From positions 30,566,001 to 30,630,000 of the forward strand of contig OY740792.1 of assembly GCA_963514005.1 (NCBI GenBank): a DNA stretch of 64,000 bases, given 5' to 3'. Source of the DNA: Raja brachyura. Its lineage: Eukaryota. This document shows, in pieces, positions 1 through 14,397 of the stretch (its first letter is position 1; every line of letters begins with the position of its first letter). A program made the translations under genes and the position numbers. The notes beneath the pieces were generated by a model that made no database searches, was not told the origin of the DNA, and worked only from the letters and a program-made list of their open reading frames with translations.

Positions 1-1861
1 ATATGATCAACAAATATTATTGTCCTAAATCAGCCAGGTCAATCAGTGGTGGTATCCTTGCCTCTGAACCACCACGTTGTGAATCTTTGGTCACACTCCA
101 AAGTCTTGAGCACACAAATCTAGGCCAGAATGAGATGTTAAAAACCAAAGCCCCATCTGTTCTCCCAGCTGGACAGAAAACATTCCATGGGTTTTTTATA
201 TTTGAAGCACGGGGATTTTGTCCCATTTCCATCGGTAAATCAACACTTCTAAAATAGATTATCTGTTTATTCATATTGTTTGTGAGAGCAAGCTGTGCAC
301 AATTGGTTGTTATGCTTTCTATATTTCACCAGTGACTTCAAAAAAGAATTTCATCAGTTAATTATGGGAGATCGAGAAAAGGTGAGATTGATCCCAGTGC
401 CAGGGCGTGTAGATAATTAAGTGTTTAAAGCCGTTGTGATTAAAACTCAGCTTTCAGAATGGATTCATAAAGTTATTCATTCATATGGCACATTTGACAG
501 AGCAGCATGCTTCAGCGAGCATCAAAGCTGTGTTGTCAAACAGCATTTGTTTCAGAACCGCAGATAATAGGTTGGGTATCACGATATGATGAGCATCTCC
601 GGAGTAGAGATTCATGAGTCAGAGACTCGGGGTGAGGGAATTTTAGAGATTGGGAATTAACAATGCAAGTAATATTGCTGCTTTTACAGGACAACTATAT
701 GAAGTAAAAAAATAATTGTACAGCACAGAAACTACTTCTGTGCAGTCTGTTGCATCCATCTGTACCAATCCTATTTACCCACATTACATCAATACTCTTT
801 TATGCCGTGGTAATTCAAGTGCTGGCCGGGTTTCCTCCATTCTAAGAGTCTGCCACTATAACCTAGTTTGACCGCATTGCAGGATTTGGTCAGATTCTGT
901 GTAAATAAACCAACAAGATCCTCGTGGCTGAAAAGCCAAACTATTACACTCTTTCACAATCTCAGTGACTGGATTCTTTGTAGCCCTATCTTTTTTAATA
1001 ATTTTATGCCTTAATCAAAGTTCCCATTTTCTCTCCATCTGACAAGGTGGGATAATACTTTCCTACATTGCTAGAAATAGGAGTGACAAGTAGGTTGATG
1101 TGAAGGGGTTAGTTATGATCTCTGCCATTATTATTCCGTGGAGGCCATTGGAGCCTGCTTCATTTTCAAACTTCAGTTACATTTGCATTTTGGGGACGGG
1201 TGGGGGAAGGAGTGAGTTGAGTGGCTGGGAACAAGTGGAGCCTCTTGACAATGGTAAATAATAAAAGTGGTAAATTTTACAGTCGGATATTTGATCATTT
1301 TATTAATATGTGAGGATTTTAACACATAGGTAATAGGGAGCGTGTTGAATGTGCATGGGCGTGTTGTTAACTATGCAGATGAAGAATTCACCAGCTTCAG
1401 AATCCATGTACCAGGGTGTTATTAAATGATCTTATTGAGCTAACCAATTTTTCTGCCTCTTGTATAATGGCAGCGTGGTGTAGCTCAAAGCTTCCCTCTT
1501 TCTCTTCATTCAATAAAGCTTTGCTTTGGTATAAAAATAAGTTTGGATTTGTTTTTGATGTAATCTGATAAAAGGGTGTTAGTCTTCATCAAAACTCATT
1601 AGCAAGTAAGGACTTCTTACAAACAGATGTCAAGTAAATACATTTCTGGAAAAAAAAATTATTCCTCTTTTTGTAGTTCATATATTGTCAAGCTGGTTTA
1701 TTCTTTAAGTTGGTGAATGTCAGCAAGTGTGTCATCTCTCTTCCAAGCATACTCTTACTCCAAAAGACATCCATACATTGTAATAGCTATATTGAATTCA
1801 GCTTTTTCATCTTGTATCATTTTGAATATGCTCTCAGTTTTAGAAGAAAACTTTATCCATC

Positions 1862-1966
1862 CAGTCTGAAGAAAGGTCTCAACCCGAAACTTCACCCATT
1901 CCTTCTCTCCAGAGATGTTGCCTGTCCCGCTGAGTGGCCTGTCTCCAGCTTTTTGTGTCTATCTTT
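1862..1966 (+). mobile_element. Solo PLE pseudo-LTR fragment
   Basis: ctgaagaaaggtctcaacccgaaacttcacccattccttctctccagagatg..., a diverged family member. Confidence 0.75.
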
Positions 1967-3182
1967 AGAAAATGTAATCTCTTTTTGCCTTGACTTTTTT
2001 TTCTGATTGACAACCTCTAAATTAACTTTTGGTGTAAACATTATCTTTATGAAAAGTGGCATTAAGATACATTTGGTAAATGCATTTGCTAGAGAGAATC
2101 TCCAGTAGTTGCTAATAGTGGCCTGAATTGTAGAGTGTTTTTTGGCATGAATGGTTGGCTTTTAATCTCTGTAACTGCTGCACAGCTGATGGACGCTGTC
2201 ATTCTGACTGCATTTCGATGCCACTCTCTTCTGGGAGTTCAGCAGCGGAGCTTGAACTTTGGTAAACCTTAATGATAAACTGCAGATTCCCGATTTATTC
2301 TCAGTTCTGCTCAGTAAGTTGGGAAGCTCTGAAGCATAAACTAGTGTAGCAGCACAAAGGACCTCAAGGAGACATTTTCTGAAAATGTTTTGTTGACTTA
2401 TAAACCTTGTTTTCATGTTGTGGGTCAACAGAGAATAAGGGCAATTAACGGTGGAGAAATATAGGCCTGGAATTTACTTAGAGCCACTTTGCTATTTGTT
2501 AAACCACCATTCCCATTGAATGGTTCCTCTGCTGCAAACGTCTTGAGGGATACAGTCTTAAAGTGGGCAAATGGGATGAGTATAGATGGTTGAACAAGTT
2601 GGCATGGATGTGAGGTGACATAGGGCTCGCTTCTGTGATGTACGATTCGATGACTCAATGCCGGCTCTGATCTGATAGATTAGGCCCTGCTTGAGTGCAA
2701 GGCCTTTTGATCGCAAAACCCACAGATTCACGAATCAGTACTTTAACAGCTTCTCATAGCTTCTAAACCTGCTGTCAAGGAGCTCAGATATTTGTCAATG
2801 TGTCTGATATTCTCTGACATTAAAGAATTATGGAAACAGTGGAAATTTAACCTCTATGGCTGAATTCCACGTGTCTGGTGCCGGAGCACAGTCTGAATAG
2901 CAGTGTTGGTCAATTTTGCGGAGGTTTGGGACGTGCCTTTTACAGATTTTGTTATGGAGGAAAAAGCTTGCAGTTTTTGGCATAATTTCACACCATAATT
3001 TGTAATTGTACTACTGCTATTGGGAGTTAATTTTGCACTGCATGACATTAGTCGTGGATTTGTTATTTCTTTACTGAATGGATAATATTTGCACTAATTT
3101 CCCTGAGCTTTCAAATCTCCATATCCATAATTTATAATTTCTCAAAAAGACCTCCCTGCGCCTTCTTTCAAGCTCATCCCTA

Positions 3183-3681
3183 AGGGGCTGTCCCACGGCG
3201 GCGACCGAATTGGCAAGTTAAAAAGAGTTTGAAAAAGTGACACGTTGAGGACCTCCTTCGACTATGTAGAAGACCTCCTTCAACCTCCTTCGACTATGTT
3301 GAAGACTAGCTTCGACTAGCTTCGGGAAAACTGGTGAGTGAAGACGACCTCCTTCTATCTCCTTTGACTATGTGGAAGACTATCTACGACTACCTTTGAT
3401 TACGTATGAATAACATGCTGACCTACTTCGACTAAACCTACGAGTAAAAAAAATATAGATTTTTTTCCATGGCGATCTTTTATCACTCGCGGGCATTTTT
3501 CAGCACGTTGAAAAATACGCCACGATCTAGCTGAGGCCTCGGGTATGCGGGGAATACTCTCGAGCATGAAGGAGAGTTACAAAGACCTCCTAGGACCTCG
3601 TGTCGACCATGCTTGCGAGTATGAGTCAAGGGCAAACTCTTCTAAACTCGCCAGTTAGGTCGCCGCAGTGGGACAGCCCCT
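3183..3681. mobile_element. Non-autonomous PIF/Harbinger-type DNA transposon (MITE)
   Basis: About 50-bp imperfect TIRs AGGGGCTGTCCCAC.GCGGCGACC / GGTCGCCGCAGTGGGACAGCCCCT; flanks CTA and TTA fit a TWA-type TSD; internal tandem GACCTCCTTCGACTATG repeats. Confidence 0.8.
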
Positions 3682-5257
3682 TTACTCCTCACCCCATCCT
3701 CAATACATGGAATTCAAAATCAATCTCTTACTTTTCCAAATTACCCTCAGTCTCGCCTTGTCTCTGTAACCTCCAGTTTGATGTTCACTTCCACACCCTC
3801 TTCTCAAACTTTTATATACCCACCAATCAACTGGAGGTGAAAGTCCAATTATCTTTTCAGGCTTTCTGCTAACATGAACTCACTCTGTGTCCCTCAACCC
3901 TTTGTTTCTTTGGCGCGTATAAAAGCTGCCTTAAATCTCAACTTGTCAACTAAATGCTCAGTCACTCCTAAACCGCCTTTCTAACTCGTATAACTCGTTA
4001 AAGTATGCAAGTTGAAGATTGCATAAAAAATTAAATCATTGGTGCAGGGAAGCAAGAGCGGATAATGTTAAGCACAAAGCGTGTGTGCAAGGAACAAGGT
4101 TATCTTGCAGACGTTCAGAAAAACTGTTGGATAGTAAAAGCAACTTAAAGAAAATTTAAACCATGGCAACCACGATGGTCCGATTTGCCATTTCCTTTTC
4201 AAGCTCTTCTCATAAGCTGTGTGAGGGGAAATTGCTCGTTGAGTGCCATGGTGTGGTTAGTTTTTATCAGTGTGTTCCAACCAGGGAAATTATGCATAAA
4301 TTAATTTTGAATAGGGTTCTTGTGCCCATTTCATCTTCAACTAAATCCCAGTACAAATCAAGGTTAACGGGGGTAGCAGATATTTGAATGCTTGTTGCTC
4401 CCACCATGTGGGTCTGAAACTGGACAGTGATAAAGCAGTTTTAAAAAGGACATGGAAATGCACAGCGATCACTATGAACACAGCTCTTGTGTAACACAGC
4501 AGTTTAAAACTCTGATCTTCTATTTCCAGCTTTCACTCCCTTAACTTGCAAACAAGTGGCATTCTGCTGCTGCTCACGTACTTTGAAAATCGGTCTCTCC
4601 GCATGTCCGTTTTGTGCTTGACGGTTGAGTAATCATTGATGCAGTTTGGAAACTGGCCTTATTTCTTTTGTGGAAACTGGCCTTATTTCTTAAGCTTTAT
4701 TTAAATATTCTTCATCAAGCTGTGCAAATTTCAGAGAGAAACATTACTACAGCCTACAGGGTCTCTGTTCTTTTTAAAGTCTCATTCTGATCATGTAAGC
4801 AGACTCTCCATTTCTATGAAATATCGCAGCATTTTTCATCTCAAAGACCTGTGATTTATCCCAACAGTGCTGAAGGATATAGATGCAGTGTTATAACTCG
4901 GTCCCACCAGTTCTTCTGTATATTGTTTGAAATGCTCAATTGCAATTTTGATTTAATTGCAAACCCTTGAGTGTGGTGTACAGAATACAGCAGGAAAATC
5001 AAATATTTGACTGCCTGAGACCTAACAAAGTGATGTGCCTTAATATAAGGCAGCAAGTGGAGCATGTGTAGTATGATACCAGCCTCTCATTAAATGCAAA
5101 TACACAAGCAGCAAAATAGAGACATCTTATATTTACTTGTCAAGCCTGCAATTTAATTAGGCTTATGCATCAACTGTAGCATCCAGTAGTTAACCCGACA
5201 ATGTAAAAATGCTACAGCAGTAGATATAGTTTAATTAGAAGCTCCTAATGGTGGTAG

Positions 5258-6020
5258 TCAAGAATCAAGCGTGTTCAATCATATATACTGAAAACAGAAC
5301 AATGAACAATGCAGCAGCATAACAGATGTAAACTCATAGATAGCACAATATCATAAAAATAGCCCAATATTGGAGCAAACAAGCCCAAAACTCGGTTGCA
5401 ACCAAGAGAGTTTATTGTTTAATTGGTGATTACAGTGTTGAAGAAACTGTTTGTTGGGGAAATTGTTGGGGAAAAAGCTGTTTTTGAACCTGTAGGTCAC
5501 TGTTTTCAGACTCTTTTGCCACCTTCTTGATGGCAGGAGTGAAATGAGAGCATAGCCCGAGTGGTGTGGGTCCCTGATGATGCTGGCTGCCTTTTTGATC
5601 CAGCGCCTCCTATAGATGCCTTCAATGGCGGGGAGGTTAGTACCCATGATAGCCGGGGCAGTGCTCACCACTTTTGTAATCTCTCTCACTCCTGGGCATT
5701 TGAGTTGCCGAACCACGCTGTGATGCAACCAGTCAATATGCTCACAACCATACACCTGCAGTTCCACAGAGTATTCATCAACATACCAGGAAGTGGAGGC
5801 GCTGATGTGTTTTCTTTATGACTGGATCAATGTGCTCGGATCAGGACAGATCCTCACAGTTACCCACGCCCAGGAACTTGAATTTGTTTTCTCTCCGCCA
5901 CTGACCCATCCGCCACTGACCCATCAGTTCATAGATTCTTGACTCCCCCTCTTCTAAAGTCAACAATCAGCTCCTTGGTCTTGCTGACGTTGAGGGCAAG
6001 AATGGTGTTCTGACACCATG
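5258..6020 (-). mobile_element. Rex1/Babar-like LINE 3' fragment
   Basis: Translation contains KVVSTAPAIMGTNLPAIEGIYRRR.IKKAASIIRDPHH.GYALISLLPS...RFKNSFFP, typical of this clade's C-terminus. Confidence 0.75.
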
Positions 6021-8329
6021 CTTGTGTATAATTAAGTTTTGTTTATAATGAGGGTATTTGAAATCACTTTGTCCTTTCCTGTGCGAAACTGACATGGGGG
6101 AAAGTATATCATTAAATAAGTTAAAAATATTACAATTGCCTTTTCTGTTTCCCCTGAAATATTAACCATGGTAAATTGAGTACCAGTCAAGTAGAAACAT
6201 CATTGGATACCTAGTCTCTGACCTCTTGCAGCCACAATATTTCTGTTTGGGCCCAGTTAAGGTTTTGATCCAAGGTCACCAGTTTTCGATGATTATGGAT
6301 TTGATGATGGTAATGGCATTCAATTTCAAAGGAAGATGGTTAGATCTTCTTTTGTTGGTGATTGTTGTATGATAACATGTTACATCATTTATAGTCATTA
6401 TAGAATGTTGTCATGGTTATGATCTTCACAGATTCACAGACAAACTCCATTACAAGGAGCTGCTAAAATAACTGATCACTTTAATCCATAGTGAATATCT
6501 CCATCTCCGACAAGATGGAGAACTGGACAATAATGTCCGCATGGTTGAAGTATTGGCCACAGTAATGCATCGATAATGAGTCTTGATAAAGTGGTGACAG
6601 ATTGATGGAATCTAATTGTGGCTGCTGATTGCCCACAGTTCTTCAGATATATCCTGTTTTGAATTGCTTGATTTCATTGTAATTCTGTCCCATTCAGCAT
6701 CCGTTCCATTGTGCGGGCCACTATCTTGTATGTACTAACAGGACTTTGTCTCCACAAAAAAGATGTAATGACCAGTGTTCCTTGTACAATAGACAGAAGA
6801 GTAAAGATAAGTACCCCCCTCCCTCCCCCTTTTGATTATTTATCCACCTCAGACTCTCAGGCGTCAATAACTTGCTGAAGTTAGATGTAGCTCTTGGGGC
6901 TAAGGGAATCAAGGGATATGAGGGAAAAGCCAGAACAGGGTACTGATTTTGGATGATTTGGCATGAACATATTGAATGGCGGTGCTGGCTCAAAGGGCTG
7001 AATGGCCGACTCCTGCACCTATTTTCTATGAAGTACTTCTGACAAACTTCCCTTCTGTAGTTCTACAATCCATAGTACAATCTTTGCCATTCTGTGTTTC
7101 TGCCATGTAGTGGACAACATGCAGAAATACTGGCTCAAAAGTGGTAGGGGCTGGCAAAAGGTTTCTATCCCACTGTTCGATCCAATGTTGAGTGCTTCCA
7201 TGAGGTCCACAAGCAATGTTCATTTCCAGGGGCATTCCTTTCTAGCTGCTACTTTGTGCTTATTATGACTGTAAGATGGGACATGTAAAACTGGTAACGT
7301 ATGAGCCTCAGAGGTTGCACTGGGTTAACAAGGGGGTAACTTTGCAGGTTTGACTTCCTGGTGCCTCTTTGTTACATGAATCTAGTGACTATGTCATTGT
7401 TGGATGATTGTTGTAGTTCTACTATGTATTTCTTAGAAATTGTCATAGAAGCTGCTAGAAACGCAGTGAGAACGAGGAAATGGGTAGTGCTAATTTGGTT
7501 AAATAAAGATAATGTATAGTTAGAACTCTGTTTTTATTTTGTTTAACTGATGCAAGACTGCACGATTTATCAGAAATGATTTGACTCTGCAAAGATGCAT
7601 GCAGTATATGCTCGATCATTGAGGAAATTTAAAGCTAGAAATTGGATTAAAGGAATGAAGGGAGAGGGAGAGCGAGAGCGAGAGCTGCAGCATTGGATTA
7701 AAGCAAGAGCTTTCATGTCCTTATGATTTTAATGAAATGCCCAAGAACCAAGTGATAATAAGAAACACTCCAACTCTAGTCAGAGCGGTAGACGCAAATT
7801 CAAATTGCACTTCAGAATCATAGAGTCATACAACAAGAAGTAGGCCCTTTGACCCACTGAGTCTGCACAGCCTGTCAACTACCCATTTATACCAATCTTA
7901 CATTAGTCCTTTTTCTATTTTCCCACATTCTCAAATTCCACTTCCAACAAATTATACCTTGATAGCTAAGGGATTTAGTCAGATCACAGTGAAATACATT
8001 AAGTAAAAAGCTTATCTGAAAGGTTAAGATAAAACATCAGCAATAATACAAAACTGATTGGGTTTTCACGGAATGAAATGTGCCCAAACTGAACCTTATG
8101 TGGCATTTAAAGTTGACTTTTAATGGCCCTCTGAAGTGACCCAGCAAACTATCAAAAATGCTGTAAGAAGTTCTAATAACATGGAATGGACTCATCTGCA
8201 TAGACCTGTGCATGGTTTTAATTATGACAAAGATTTGCCCAATCCAGTGGATCTCAACATCTGGGGCCATGAGTCCGTTTGTAGCACCCTTGTCCTGTAA
8301 GTCCTAGTCCAGAGGGTTGGGCGCAAATG

Positions 8330-8856
8330 TCATAGAGTCATTCAGTGTGGAAGCAGGCCCTTCAGCCCAACTTGCCCACACGGACATACCCCATCTGCAA
8401 TCTGACTGCTTTTGGTCCATATCCCTCTAAATCTATCCTATCCATGTAACTGTCTGAATGTTTCTTAAACACTGCAATAGCACCAGCCTCAACTACCTCC
8501 TCCAGCAGCTCATTCCATACATCCACCACCCATTGTGTAAAAAAAGTTACCCCTCAGGCCACCTACTCTGGGCAAAAGACTGTGCGTATACACGATCTAT
8601 TCCTCTCATAATTTTGTGCATCTCAATAAGATCACCCCTTATCCTTCTACACGCCAAGGAATATACCCCTAGCCTGCTCTACCTCTCCCTGTAGTTCAGT
8701 CCCTCGAGTCCTGGCAACATCCCGGTAAATCTTCTCTGAACCTTTACAAGCTTGGCAACATCTTTCCTATAATATGATGACCAAAATTGAACACAACACT
8801 CTAAATGCGGCCTCACCAACATCTTGTGTAACTATAACATGACCTCCCAACTTCTA
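8330..8856 (-). mobile_element. CR1 3' fragment
   Basis: catagagtca...caggcccttcagcccaac tail and RT C-terminal remnants on the minus strand. Confidence 0.75.
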
Positions 8857-8857
8857 T

Positions 8858-9085
8858 GTGTAGGAAGAAACTGCAGATGGTGGTTTACACCTAAGATAGA
8901 CACAAAATGCTGGAGTAACTCAGCAGACAGGCAACGTCTCCGAGTAGAAGAAATGGGTGATGTTTTGGGTCGAGACTCTTCTTCAGACCCTTGAGGAAGG
9001 GGCTCAATCCGAAATGTCACCCATTCCTTCTATCCAGAGATACTGCCTATCCTACTGAGTTAACTGCAGCATTTTGTGTCTATTT
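8858..9085. mobile_element. Older fold-back PLE pseudo-LTR copy
   Basis: Same inverted-arm structure, more diverged; no clear TSD. Confidence 0.75.
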
Positions 9086-10788
9086 CCATTGTTTGCAATA
9101 TTTCCTATATTTCATCAGTGAATGCACTTCAAAATGATTGGCTCTAGAATACTTTGGAATGTCCTGAGTTTGTGAATGATGCTGCTTAGGTTCAAGGCTT
9201 CCAATGGCTTCCTAATGTGACCAAAGGTCACAAGCAATCTTTGCATCACTTTCTGTTGTGTAGCCTTTCCCACTTTCCGTGCTATCACTGATCCCTCTGT
9301 TGTATTCTTTCCTTCCCCATTACTGTTCTCTCTCTCTGCGGACAATGCTTAAATCTATTTCTATATTTATTTCACGTATTCAATAACTACAGTATTTTGA
9401 TTTTTTTGAGTTGTCAATTTTGTTTTCCAAGACAAGATTAAAATGTATGAGAGCAAAGATTCGACACCTATTAAAGTGTATTCCAAAATATATTTTCATA
9501 TCGGTGGTTTAAGGGTAAAAGTCAGGTTCTTACAACATATTGGACACCATTTTGAATGCCTGCTTGCAAGATTTTTTATTTGAATTGTACAGCTGATATA
9601 GAACAGAAAACACAAGTTAATGATAGATCGCATCTGAATAATTACTACATGTTATTTGCTCATGCTTATCTGATGTCTGTTCATCCAAAATTTGACAATA
9701 GGGACAGTGTTTGAAAATATTACAAATTAAGAGTTCAGATGTTTTCAGAAACAATACTTAATATCTGGGATCTTCCTGGTACTGGGTATACCTATTCTTC
9801 CAGACTGGTCAAACGTTGCACGTGCAGATTTCTGCCCAAGAAAGAAATACAATAATTATTTTGAACATAAGATTATAAAAGCCACAACACGACAATTCTC
9901 ATTGCATTTGATTTAATAATTTAAAAGGTGTGCTGGTTATGTTGCGAGATTGGAATTAATTTGAAGCAGGAGAGTTCAAATCCCAACATGGCTGTTTAAG
10001 GATAGCAAATTGGGATTCTGAGAAAGCAACTGGAAATGTTAAAAGTTGTTACCTATAAAAATGATCATAAATCAGTCAGATTATCAAGCCTGTTCAGTGG
10101 TCTCCCTAAAGAGTGGGAAACCTTATCCAGTTTTGCTTGCGTGTGACTTCTGATGTGGTCAGCCCTTTGCCCTCACGAGCATGGAGACACACTTTCAATT
10201 CTATCAAACCACTACAAGGAATATACTTCTTTATTAGGTCAAAATCCACGTATCATTGTGGGTGTTTCTTCAAAACATATTACAATAGTTTGAAAATAAA
10301 GCTTACCACTGCCTTCTCAAGACAGTTTGTAATGGTTACTAATTTCTGACCATATGATGAGACCTAAATTGCAGGAATACATTTGAAAACTCTTTACTAG
10401 CGTTGGGTGATGAATTTATGATCAGACTTCCAAATCGTCCTGCATCCTCTGATATTCTCCTCCATTGGATATGTACTTTTCTGTACTTTGCATTAGCTTG
10501 TTAATTCTGCCTGAAAAATACTGCATCCACTAATGCAATGCTGATTTTCATCATTCCGCATTTGCCAGTTCTGCTTTCAATTACATTAGCTGTGAGTTCT
10601 GACATTTCTGACAGCCCGCTACTTCCCTCTCCTGCCTTTAAAGACACTCATTAACATTTACTTCTGACCAAACTTTTTGTCATCCCTGTATATCTCTGAG
10701 AGATTTGGTGCAAAAGCATTTTCAATGAAGAACTGTATATTGTGGACTTTAGGATGTTAAATCAACATGCAGTGAAGAATATTGATGT

Positions 10789-11021
10789 GTAAGAAGGAAC
10801 TGCAGATGCTGGTTTACACTGAAGACAGACACAAAATGCTGGAGTAACTCAGTGGGTCAGGCAGCATCTCTGGAGAAAAGGAATAGGTGAAGTTTCGGGT
10901 TGAGACCTTTCATCAGACTGAAGAGTCTGGTGAAGAGTCTCGACCTGAAACGTCATCTATTCCTTTTTCCAGAGATGCTGCCTGACCCGCTGAGTTACTC
11001 CAGCATTTTGTGTCTATTTTC
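10789..11021. mobile_element. Fold-back (palindromic) PLE pseudo-LTR insertion
   Basis: Two inverted pseudo-LTR arms; 15-bp TSD GAAGAATATTGATGT at 10774-10788 and 11022-11036. Confidence 0.85.
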
Positions 11022-11176
11022 GAAGAATATTGATGTCTGCCTTTCTTCTTGGTAGAAGCATTAGAGACTTCCAATCCCTTCTTAGAACATTGGGGAAACA
11101 GCCTGTATAACAATGTCTCATTTTTGCCACTTTCTAAGGCTGTGTGAAATTAGGTTGCTGCACTGAATGTGTTTGA

Positions 11177-11269
11177 GAAGAAGGGTCTCGACCCGAAACG
11201 TCGCCTATCTCCTTCGCTCCTTAGATGCTGCTGCACCCGCTGAGTTTCTCCAGCTTTTTGTGTAACCCT
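11177..11269 (+). mobile_element. Young solo PLE pseudo-LTR fragment
   Basis: Matches 26861-26953; begins inside the CUGA box, so the ribozyme core is incomplete. Confidence 0.8.
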
Positions 11270-14184
11270 TGCAGATTTAATAGCTATTCTGGTTAGTTGT
11301 TGCATGTTATTACCAGAGCTGAACAGTCGGGGGCGGTATTTGTGTGCAATAAAGTCCAGTGAATGAATGTGTTTACTTTTCATACTCAAATATTACAGCA
11401 AGATATACAAAGAAAGAGCATAATATAGACCTCTTGATTTTTATGCTGCTGTGTCATAAACTACATAGTAACAGAAATAAAGCTGATAATAAGGTAGTTT
11501 ATTTTTTACTGATTAACAGCAGGTATGTTGTGTTCCATGGAAATGAAAGAATGATGGCAGCATGCAGTGAGACCATTTGCCCTGTCATATCTGTACTACC
11601 ATGCAAAAGTAATGCAGTGAATTGATATCCCATTTCTCTAAACCTGCAAATCCTTTTCTTTCAGATACTTATCCAACTCCATTTAAAACACTATCATTGA
11701 ATATGTCTTCAGCACTACCAAGACAGTGCATTCCAGACCCTGACCATTTTATTTTCTTTGTGTTTGATTTGGATCTTTGGCCAGTTGATTTCATTCCATG
11801 TACCTTAGTTTGTTGACCCTTTCACCAAGGGAACAGTTTCTCTCTATCTCCTCAATTTATAACTTTCACGACCTCAGGCCAATCCTCTGACACTACACAG
11901 TTCCCAGAAGCAACACCCCATCTTCTCCAGCCTTTCCACAGAACTAAACCCATCACTTATTTCCTGGGGATGCCCAGACAGGACATTATGAAGTATTGGT
12001 TCAGCAACAACTACAGTATTAAGCTTCAGCATAGCTACTTTGCTCTTCCCTGTAGCTCCACATATAAAGCCCAGGATCCCCAATGTGTTTTAACCAATTA
12101 ACCTGCTTTTCCACTTCCACTCAACTTTACATATATCTTATGATCTACCTGTTCTTTTACCCCCTTTTAGAATTTTGCCCTCCATTTCACTTTTCAATCC
12201 TGCTACCAAATTACAACACTTAACATTTCTTAACATCTATCCACTAATGTACCAGCATGACTCTAACCCCTTGAAGGCTCATACTATCCTCCTTGCAGGT
12301 CACTGCACCTCCAAGAAATAGCACCCAGTAAACCTGTTTAGTTATTAGTATACATTTTCAAATGTATTGGTCCTTGGACTTAGCTCAATGGAGCTCCATC
12401 TACATTACCCTCCAATTTGAAAACCCAACTTTCATTTCTACTGAGTTTCCTGTTGGTTGGACATTTTTCTATCCCTAATGCTGCATCCTTATTCCAAGGT
12501 ATTCAGTCTGATGGAGGGCTTCGCCAAAATCTTTTGGAATTTCATGTGTACTTCAACACATTTCCCTCATCAAAAAACACTATCAAGCTGGTTAGACACA
12601 CAATTTGCCAGAAATAAAGTTATCTTATACCAGACACACAATTTTGTAATATCTATTTATAAAATGTGATCTTTTGAGTTCAATTTCTGTAGTTAATGAA
12701 CTATCAGCAAGGAAATCTTAATGCAGTTGTCATATTGAGGACTGACTGCATGACATACATCTAGAGCAATGCTTTTGGTCACTGTATTGTTCTGATAAGT
12801 CAGCATGCAACTCTCCCTCAAAGCATCCTGGAGCATAAAACACTATCTCTGTGTAGTTTTCTGGTTCTCTCTAGTTCTGGTCTTGAATGCCATCCTAATT
12901 TCCACCTGTAAATGGCATATTTTCATTTCAGCTGCCTGGATCCAAAAAATTAACATCTTCCAACCTTTTACAATTCTCTTTAAAATGTACCACTTTAGTT
13001 TTGCTATAGGTCAGCTATGCAAATATTTCCTTATGTGGTTCATTCTTGTTTGTTTTATAGATACTTTTGTGAAACCCCTATAAATACAAGTTATTACATG
13101 ATTACACAAAGCATCAGCAGATTTATTTTGGAAGTCTCAGGAGTAGCGTTTTGGCATGGTGTTTTAACCTTAGAATTGTCCACAGTGGTATGTGAAATGC
13201 TGGAAATGCTCAATCTCTGCAAAGAGTAGCATTAACCTTTCAGGCTGATGATCTTTCATCAGCGTATGAATTAATATCAAAATGAAACCTCTTGAGGTGA
13301 ACGAGGTAAAAGACAAACAGAATTCTATTAGAGAGCAAAGCAGAATTTGAGATGAGCATTGGTTGTGGCAGTGTTTAAACAATAATCAGCCAACTACATA
13401 TGTACAGTAAATTTGTAATAAAAACAGAAAATGCTGCTAACACTAAGCTGGTCAGGTAGCATCGATACAAATAGAAACAAAGATACTGCTGGATAGTGGG
13501 ATTGAGAAGACTTTGTAATGGAGAGACTGGGTAGACATGTACCATATATGGAAGAGGTTCAGGAATGATGTGGTTTTATTGTTACAAACAATAATTGAGT
13601 ACATTTTAGAAATTAGCCTGAGAATTACATTACTATGGCAGGGAAATACTAATCAAGGGAAATAATTCTCATGCCAGAATTAATCCGAATTGAGATTAAA
13701 GAGAGCTGAATAGCGGGCAAATTTGTGAAGTTGCCTCTGGATTGAATCGCCACTTCTCACGCACCTTACAAATTATTAAAATACATTCTGCGGTGTAAAA
13801 GTAGTTCCTTGACATGCATCATATTTTTCATGCTTTTGTTTCCTGTTGTCAGATATTGCACAACTAACCAGTAGTTTCTCTTCAGCAGGACTCGCCGAGT
13901 GCGTCTAAATTGTATTGTCAGAGAGCCTTCACTATACTGAAACGTTAACTACGAATTTATTTGTATAGATGCTGCTCAGTGTTTTTTTTCTGTTAGCTGT
14001 TGTTTGTAGATTTTGGTTTGATTTGAAAACGTTCTGAAACCCTATAGGTTTGTTTTCAATCTTTTGGGATTGTGTTATCCTGTACTCTTACAGCGATTCG
14101 AAGGGGCGCTCCGTGTCTTTTTCACTGCACTGGATAACACTCAGTCCCATTACCCCATATCATCTGTAATGTATTCTCATACAT

Positions 14185-14397
14185 AAGATAAACACAAAAA
14201 GTTGGAGTAACTCAGCGGGTCAGACAGCATCTCTGGAGAAAAGGAATAGATGACGTTTCGAGTCGAGACCCTTCTTCAATCTGAAGCATCATCTATTCCT
14301 TTTCTCCAGAGCTGCTGTCTGACCCGCTGAGTTACTCCAGCTTGTTGTGTCTATCTATCTTAGGTTTAAACCAGCATCTGCTGTTCTATCCTACACT
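14185..14397. mobile_element. Fold-back PLE pseudo-LTR insertion
   Basis: Inverted arms; 13-bp TSD TATTCTCATACAT at 14172-14184 and 14398-14410. Confidence 0.85.

Noticed and set aside
3240-3440. Short repeated units resembling a CRISPR-like array
   Set aside because: Degenerate tandem repeats without unique spacers, inside a eukaryotic MITE.
4648-4690. Short local duplications of 13-26 bp (also near 5895, 46487, 48835 and 56248)
   Set aside because: Ordinary slippage or repair microduplications with no shared motif.
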